Shown here: positions 29,766 to 38,000 of the stretch, one piece after another
Layout: the number at the start of each line of letters is the position of its first letter
Position numbering within the stretch: position 1 is the stretch's first letter
Virus record (IMG/VR): IMGVR_UViG_3300030329_003041
Coordinates: 1,795-65,794 of that record
Source: a virus
Taxonomy: Duplodnaviria > Caudoviricetes
Strand: one strand, 5' to 3'
Length of the DNA stretch: 64,000 nucleotides
The notes under the pieces: model-generated
What the model was told of the DNA's origin: nothing
The model's database searches: none
The model's input: only the letters and a program-made list of their open reading frames with translations
Program-made: the position numbers and the translations under genes

Positions 29766-30719
29766 ATGGCATACGGAAAAAAAGCTTCACCACTAAAATT
29801 ATTTGGTAGTAGAAGAAGAAAAAGAGAACAAAGACAGGCTAATGCAGCTTTTAATGCACAAATGGCCGCGTATGGTGCGATGGATGTAGGTCAAAATGTA
29901 TATGCTGACTTTCAAAACGTATATGCTGGCGCTGAAAATGTATACGCTGACGCTAAGAATGTGTATGAAGGTATGGAAAATACTTTCGAAGATCTTCGTA
30001 TAGACACTACAGCGGCGGAGTTAGCAGGTGCTCAATTCGCTCAATCACAAGCTGATCAATTAGCTGCTTTAGGTGGCGGAGCTGGAGGTTCTGGTTTTGG
30101 TGCATTAACTACAACGATGAGTCGACAAGCGGCTCAGCAATCCGCAGCGAACACTGCTGATATAAGACAGCAAGCAATAGAAAATGAAAGATTGGCACGT
30201 GGAGAAGCTTCTAAAATACAAACTTTAGAAAGAACTGGTGCTGAAAAGCAACAACAGATGATATTGAGTGGTGCTGATATGCAGCAACAATTAATATTAG
30301 GTGGTGAACAATATGCTCAAACGCTTCAATTCCAAGGTGCTAGTGATGCACTTGGTAGACAAATATCTCAACAAGAGACTATGTTGGGTATAGCTGCTGG
30401 TAGAAAAGAAGCCGCGGATCTTGCAAGACAGCAAAATACTCAAATGTGGATGAATTTAGCTGGTGATGTTATAAAAGCTATCCCCTCATACGCTGCCTTA
30501 TCAGACAGAAGGTTGAAGAAAAATATAGAATTGATTGGTAAATCTCCTAGTGGTATTAATATATATACGTTTGAGTATATTGATGAAAAATTAGGTAAAG
30601 GTAGATTCCAAGGAGTAATGTCTGACGATATTCCTAAAAATGCTATTGTAAGAAACGATAGTGGATTTGACATAGTAGATTACTCTAAGATAGATATTGA
30701 ATTTAAAAGTGTTATATAA
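29766..30719 (+). CDS. putative DNA ejection protein with C-terminal peptidase S74-like autocleavage domain
   Basis: Ala/Gln/Gly-rich helical body; SDRRLKKNI..IG...G..IY.F.Y...GVM...VDY. Confidence 0.75.
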   Translation: MAYGKKASPLKLFGSRRRKREQRQANAAFNAQMAAYGAMDVGQNVYADFQNVYAGAENVYADAKNVYEGMENTFEDLRIDTTAAELAGAQFAQSQADQLAALGGGAGGSGFGALTTTMSRQAAQQSAANTADIRQQAIENERLARGEASKIQTLERTGAEKQQQMILSGADMQQQLILGGEQYAQTLQFQGASDALGRQISQQETMLGIAAGRKEAADLARQQNTQMWMNLAGDVIKAIPSYAALSDRRLKKNIELIGKSPSGINIYTFEYIDEKLGKGRFQGVMSDDIPKNAIVRNDSGFDIVDYSKIDIEFKSVI

Positions 30720-32053
30720 TGAATGCAGAATTAGTAAAAGCGGTAACAGCGGCATACCATGCTCAAGCAGCTCAAGCAGATTTCGCTACTCCTATTAGTA
30801 ATGTTCTAAGTAGCATACAAAAATCATTTGAGAAGAGAGCTCAAGAATCACTTGCTAAGAATAGGGCTAATCAAGCTAAGATTACTGGTTTTAATCAAAA
30901 AGAGATAGATCAACTAACTATATATAAAGATGAGTACGATTCTTTAGCTAGAAAGCTAGCTAACCCATTACTTGGTAGAGAAAAGAAAAAAGAATTAAAT
31001 GCTCAGTTAAATGCTGTCAATGAGAAAACTACTAACTTTATAACCGGAGTTAATAGAAATATGGCATTACAAAATAACGCTATTGACGTAGCTGACTCAA
31101 GAAGTGGACAGTATAATATGCAACAAAAGATGTTTATTGATAGAGCTCAAGTCGGAGATTATAGAATTGATTGGACCGTTGATGAGAATGGTAATGTGAT
31201 GATACAAGATCCAATGGGTGAAGAAGGTAGTTTTAAGAACGTTCTTGATTTTGAACCTATTAAAGGTGTTAATATAGATTTTTTAAATGCGGATACAGAT
31301 TTGATAAATACTACAACAAGTTTAGCTGTCGACTTAACAAGATCAAAAAGTCAAGTTGAAAGTCAAATAAAAAACTTAATATCAAATAACTACATGTCTG
31401 ATCCTACAGCTATATTTGATACTGAAGCTGTAGCTAGTGGTGATTTTGCAAACTACTTAGCTAATAATGAAAAGTTTCAAGCTATTGTAGATTTTCTACC
31501 TGAAAATGATGATTTTGATCAAATGCTTGCTGATGGAAGTGCGGATGAAGATTTTCATAATTTAATATATGAAATAGCAAAAACTAAAGTTGATGTTAAA
31601 GAGTTCTGGATAGACTTTAATACTAAAAAGCACATGGGTGAGTTCGATAGAACTAGAGCTAGAAAATTGAATGAACTTGAAGGAAGTGAAGAAGCAAAAG
31701 GTAAGAACGATAAAGTATATAGCTATCACAAAGGTCAATATACATTTAGACCTTCAGAGATAACATCGGAATATAAATCTTTATCCAACATGAAAGTTGG
31801 TGATACTAGAGCTTGGCCTTTTGGAGATGCTGGAACAAAAGTTTCTGTAGTACCAAAATATTCAGGAGACATTTTAATAGAAGATGGTGTTCAATATGCA
31901 TTAGAAAAAAGTAAATATCCTGGTGATACTGATCCTGAGTTCCGATCACAAACAACAGTAGAGTATTATGATTCTTTAGAAGAATTATGGATGGCTAATT
32001 TAGGAATGGCTGCACCAGAACAGTATATGATTTCTAAGAGCAAACTGCCTTAG
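30719..32053 (+). CDS. putative internal virion/ejection protein
   Basis: 444 aa, helical, between ejection genes. Confidence 0.7.
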   Translation: MNAELVKAVTAAYHAQAAQADFATPISNVLSSIQKSFEKRAQESLAKNRANQAKITGFNQKEIDQLTIYKDEYDSLARKLANPLLGREKKKELNAQLNAVNEKTTNFITGVNRNMALQNNAIDVADSRSGQYNMQQKMFIDRAQVGDYRIDWTVDENGNVMIQDPMGEEGSFKNVLDFEPIKGVNIDFLNADTDLINTTTSLAVDLTRSKSQVESQIKNLISNNYMSDPTAIFDTEAVASGDFANYLANNEKFQAIVDFLPENDDFDQMLADGSADEDFHNLIYEIAKTKVDVKEFWIDFNTKKHMGEFDRTRARKLNELEGSEEAKGKNDKVYSYHKGQYTFRPSEITSEYKSLSNMKVGDTRAWPFGDAGTKVSVVPKYSGDILIEDGVQYALEKSKYPGDTDPEFRSQTTVEYYDSLEELWMANLGMAAPEQYMISKSKLP

Positions 32054-32058
32054 TACGT

Positions 32059-32069
32059 GTAATACTATA
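32059..32069 (+). promoter_or_regulatory. putative late promoter element
   Basis: CGTGTAATACTATA upstream of the giant gene. Confidence 0.4.
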
Positions 32070-32091
32070 ATCACAACTTAAATAAACAAGC

Positions 32092-35000
32092 ATGCCAGAA
32101 TATTTATTTGGAACTGACGTTTTTACTGAAGAAGAAGTAAAGCAAAGAGCAGATCAATTAGGTGTTACATTAGATGAATACCTAAAACTAAATCCTGAAG
32201 TTAAATTATCTGATGCGGGAAAGCAGAAAGGCACCGCAGTTACAGGACCAGTAGCGGTGTCAGGTACGGGGTCCAAATCGGTAAGTGGTTCTTCGGAGCC
32301 ACCAAAGATTCATAGTTGGCTAGATGATGAATTCGCTGTTAAATCATTTTTTGATCAAGAAGATGAAAGAGCAGTTGAAGAATTAAGAGTTAGGTATCCA
32401 GATTTTGAGTTCTCAGAAGTAATCTTTATGGCTACAGATAGAGGTGGATCTTTTGCTGGAGTTAAAATAACTTCTCCAGACGGTGAAGATTCTATAGAAA
32501 TAGAACTTAACCTTGATGGTATGGCTTCGCTAAAGGGTGAAGTTCCTTATGACGGTGAAACAGCTAAACTAAAATCATTCATTGATAAACATCGTACTGA
32601 AGAATTTGACAAAAAGTACGAAATCAAAAGACAACAAATATCTGATTTTACTAGTAGACTAAATAAAGCTGTTAGTTTAACTACTGAAGAGAGAGAGGAA
32701 GTTGATGGTAAATTTCCATCTACAGATATATTCGATCCAATAACTCCTGATAGAACGGAAGGTAAGTACAAACATTACGGTAGTCCTGATCTTATATATC
32801 CTCATAGAAAACTTCTTGATGACATTTACAAAGAGTTATTAAAAAGCAATGATAAAGATATTGCTGATCTAATGAAAGATCCAACTCGTAGAGAACAGGC
32901 TCGAGAATATGTTGAAGAAGTGGCTCTTATTAGATTAAGATCTGAAGAAGAGCTAAAAATAAAGAAGAATAAAGTTAAAGGCTTATACATTGAAGCTAAA
33001 AATAATGCTGGCCGAAAAAGAGGAGTAGAAGGTAATGAGTGGGTGTTAGGAGTTAAAATGTCTGAATTACTTAAAAGTGTTTGGGACCCAAAAGTTGATC
33101 CTAAAGAGTTAGAAGGATTTTTAACTGTTGGTAGTCAAAACTTTTTAAGTGATTATACTGAAAAAATAACTTTATCTGAAGTACAACATAATGATGTTTT
33201 AAATTTAAAAAGCAAACTAGATGCTTTTACAGAGAAATTACAAGATCCAAAACACAAGTTTGAGTTAACTGAAGATGATGTTCAATTACAATTGAATAAT
33301 GGTAATATAATATCAGAAAGAGAGTTTAACCAGTACAATAATAACGTAAACGTATTTAATCAAGAACTATCTAATTTTAAGCAAACATTAGTAGAGTTAG
33401 CTGAAGAAGGATCTAACGTAAAAGATGTAAATCAAAGATTAGCTCTTGCTAGAAAGAACTACGGTATTTTAAATAAAATGGCTGTAAAAACTGGTGCTGC
33501 TTTTATAGACTTTTACGCTAACATGTCGATGGGAACTTCTGAAAATCCTGAACAGCAAAAAGTATTGACCGAAATTAAAGCTATGACAGCTGGGTTAAGA
33601 GCTAACTACAGAGATGCTGTAGAATTTAATGACGCATTTAGTAGTGTAAGTAACTTCTTTGAATGGACTATGACTGACATGCTTACAGAGCAAGCTCCAA
33701 TAATAGCAGCTTTAGCTTCAGGACCTGTTGGTTATGTTAGTTTAGGTGGTAGTGTGTTTGGAGAGAAATACTCTAGAATGACTATAGAAGATATTGAAGC
33801 CGAGGTAGCTGCTGAAGCATTTGGTATTGAATCTAAGAAACGATCTATATTAGAAAAAGTTGTTGTTGCCGGAGCTTATACAGCCCCTGAACTAATATTA
33901 GACTACTACTTTACAGGTGCTAGAATTAGAGGTATACAATCTATGTCTAAGGTTAAAGGAGCGCCTAGAACAATTGAAAACATAAGAGATCCTAAGCATC
34001 TAAAAAGAATAGTAGGTGCTATAGGTTATAATACTGTAATTGACGCTTGGGGTGGTGGTTCATCTGAAGCTGTTACTCAAATAATACAAAACGCTATTGA
34101 TGGTGTGCCACTGAGTTCACATTTAGCAGAGGCTTTTGTTAGTGGTGTTTTATTAGATGCTGGATTAGGTAGTATACCTTCTATAAAAGGAGTTTACTTA
34201 GCCACAATGTCTGATAACGTTGCGTATGAATTTATTAACGAGCAACAAGCTATTATAGAAAAGTATGCTGGTTATACTAATAGTATAAGCCCTGCTTTGC
34301 GTGAAATTGCTATTCCAAAAGTAGAAGAAGCTGTTAAGAAGAGAAATGAGGCTATTGAAGAGTTGGAATCAAAAATATTTGGTACTGGTAAGCATAGAGG
34401 TTTGAGTCAAGAAGGCGCACGAAAGTTTTACAACATAAGAGGTAAAATGGAGACTTTACGTACTAAATATGACAACTTACTAAAAGATAATAACTTAGGA
34501 CTATCTGAAGATGCAAAGACTGAAGAGCTTAATAAATTAAAGTTGGAATTTGAAGCTTGGCAATCTTATGAACAAGATATGTTAAAAAATAATTTTTCCC
34601 ATAAAGCTCAATGGAAAATTTTCTTACATGAAAATCCTAAAAAAGCTCAAAAATATATAGATGCAGCAGCTAAAAAGTTGAAACTTAAAAAAGCTGTAGT
34701 AACAGATGAGCAAATAAAAGAGGAGGCTAGGATAATCTATAATCTAGAGCAAATAGAAAAAGATATTAAACGTGCTAAGAAGCATAATTTACTTGGTGAT
34801 CTGAAAGTTATAAGATCAAGAGAAGAGTGGGAAGTTTGGGTAAAAGAAAAAATACTTCCTGATGTTAGAAGAATTGGTCTCAAAGAAGTTAAAAGCGATG
34901 CTGATATGCAGAAATTAGCAGATTATCAAGAGATCGTAAAAGCCTATGATAGAGGAGATCACGGTTTCAATCTTGGTGAAGGAAGATATAGTCAAAGTAT

Positions 35001-38000
35001 TATTATCACTGATAACATGGCTAAAGATAATAAACTCGAGGTTAGAACTCACGAGTTAGGTCATGCATTCGCTGCAGAAGCGTTTAAACAAAATCCAGAA
35101 TTATTTAGTGGTATGGCTCAAGCTATATTAGATTGGGCAGAAGTAAATGATCAAGCATTGTATAATAGATTAACTACTAGAGTTGATGGTATTGAAGTTG
35201 AAAGGGATGCACAAGGTAGATTATTAGCTGAAGAAGTTTTTACAAACTTCTTAGAAGAAGTTGCTGGTAATAGAATAGACTTTAGTAAAACAAGTAATAG
35301 AGGTTTACGTTCTATATTTGGATTTGGTGTTAGTCAAACAATGCAAGATAAATTTGGTATCGACATTGATTTAGCTGGTGTTAATGACGTAGTAGGTATG
35401 GCTGTCGCTATAGCACAGAAAATTAAACAAGGTAAAATAACTCAAACTGATATTAACAAAGCTAGTGAGTCAGAAGCTGCTAAGTTAGCTAAAAAAAGAG
35501 GTGAACAGTTAGTTAGAGCTGGTGTATTTGCTGTGTCAGATAAAATACAGAAGTCAGCTAAAATTCAAAAGAAAATTGATGCGCTACCTGATAACTACAA
35601 TTTAGAATCTTGGCAGAAGGAAGGAGCGGATGCTGCTATAGTAGAAAGTTATGGTAACTTAGAATCTTTAATACGTAGTGAAATATATAGATTTAAAAAT
35701 CTACCAAATTTCTCTGAAGAAGATTTTGTTTCCACATCTTTAATAGGATTGATGCAACATATGCGTAGATTTAACCCTTGGAAAGAGAAATTTAAAAACG
35801 GTAATCCTAATCCAATATTCGCAGCTTTAGTTGAAGCTGGTGTTAAAAAAGATGAAATACCTAAAATGACTTGGGGTGAAATTAAATCTAAGTTAAGTCC
35901 TAGTTTGTTAGGTAAGTATGGTCTTTCAGGTTGGACTAACAGTCAACTAAATAATAAAATTTTAGATGCACTTAAAAGCAAAGAAGTAACTACACAGACT
36001 TATTCTATAGATGAAAGTGCTGATACATTCAAAGAGCAAGTTGCAGAAGAAGATGTGCTTGAAACTTTTGAAGAAGAAAATATATCTATACAAGCTCAAA
36101 TACGTGAAAGAAACTTATCACAAAGAGAAGGTGGTGAACATGAATACTCTAAATTTAGAAGAGAAATAGAGTTTAATGGTGAGAAAGGTATTAGCGATAA
36201 AATGAAACAAGCCATTGAAGCTAAAACTCTTGAAATATTATCGTCCCCTAAGTATATAGATTTACCATTTGATATTATTTCTAAAAACCTACAAAAAGAT
36301 CTTGAAGTCGCTTTAAAAAACATTGTACAGAAAGAAATGGGTACTGAGAGTGACTATTTGGATTTCTTAATGAAAAACAAAAATATCATACTCAAAAACT
36401 TAGATATTAAGTCTCTAGTGGCTATGGAGCGTCAGATTGATTCTAAGGACAAAATAATGACTGAGTTTGTAAAACGCTTAACAACTCAAAAGGATGTACA
36501 GGACGCTATCGATAATGGCTGGTTAGCGCATGTAGATAATCCTGCTCAAGGTCCTAACTTATACAAAGTATTAGATCCTAGTACATCTGACTACTTAAAG
36601 TTCTACAATCCACCTCCAACGATTGAAAGTACAAAAAGAGTTAAGCAGTGGGATGCTATGTCTGATGCTGCAAAGCAACAACTTGCAGATGCGACAGGTA
36701 AAACTTTAGAGCAAGCTAGAAAACAATTTGTTGAGGTTAGAAACATGAAGAAGGGTGAGAGAAAGAAAACTTTAGCAGAACGTATTGCTGGGCAGTTAGC
36801 TTTTGACGCTACGATGCAAGTAGTACAAAGTAAGGCTTTTGCGGCAATGAGAGAGAAGGCTGGTAAACCAGTGTTGGCTCAAGCTAAAATAGCAGAACTT
36901 GCAAGACGTATAGATAGAGGTATTGATGTTAAGTTCTCTAAAAAGATTGTATCACAAGGTACTGCAGCTATGGCAGCTGATCTTATTAACGATGCTATCA
37001 AGAAGAACTCTATAACATCTGATATTAATCTTACAAGAAAACCAATATATAAATTATTCAGTAAAGAAGATAAACAACTTGCTGTTGATTTGGCTGATCT
37101 TTTACTTAAGAATGCTAAGATTGAATCTGAGTTAGTAAAACTTGAAAAGTTTGCTGATAAACCTAATGTAAAAAGATTATTAGAGCTTCATAACATGAAC
37201 ATCGATGAAGCTATTGATAGTCCAAATAAAGATGCTTATCTATCTATAAAATACTCTAAAAAGAATAGAGATCAATACATTGCTAGACTTAAAAAGAAAA
37301 GACCTGACATAGCCGCTGAAGCGGAAAAGCAAGTTGACGCTGTTTTTGATTTTGTAGATGTAGGTGTTGAAACTGGTCAAATACCACCGAAAAAAAAGAG
37401 TAAGTTTGAAAAACTAGCTTTTCACTATTTATTAAGTGGTTATGTTAAACTTCCTGAAGATAGTTATAAAATTATAGAGGCTGAAAGATTGGCTACTGTA
37501 AAAAAAGAAGATCCGTTTTCTTATAGAAATCCTAATGAGATAATAGAGAGGTTTGCTGATGAGGTTAAAACTAAAGTTGAAAGAACTAATCCTGATAAAG
37601 TAAAAGAACTATCTAATAAAAAGTTAGTTGAAGGTAAGGTTAAAGGAGTTACTGTTTATGATATAGAAAATTCTAAAGCAGGTCAAATAGCTCTTAGAAA
37701 AATAGTAGATACTCATTGGGGTGAGAAATCAAACCCGTGGTGTATAGTTGCTAGAGCCATGCCTCCATCTATAGCAGAGGAAATAGATGCTGAGTTTGGT
37801 GAACAAATTGATGATATTTTTGAACAAATAGTAGAGTCTGAGACATTTCAAGAAGAACAACAATTTGGTGAATTAACAGCTTCATTTGATCACTGGAAAA
37901 CCTATAACTACGCTGGTAATGGTTTCAAATTATCATTTGTGGATGGTAAACTAAATAGTTTTAGAGATGGAAACAATAAGCAATGGTGGAATAGAATGGA

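Noticed and set aside
32070-32090. Early motif copy (TCACAA) before the giant gene
   Set aside because: Lacks the ACGA and AGATAATA blocks
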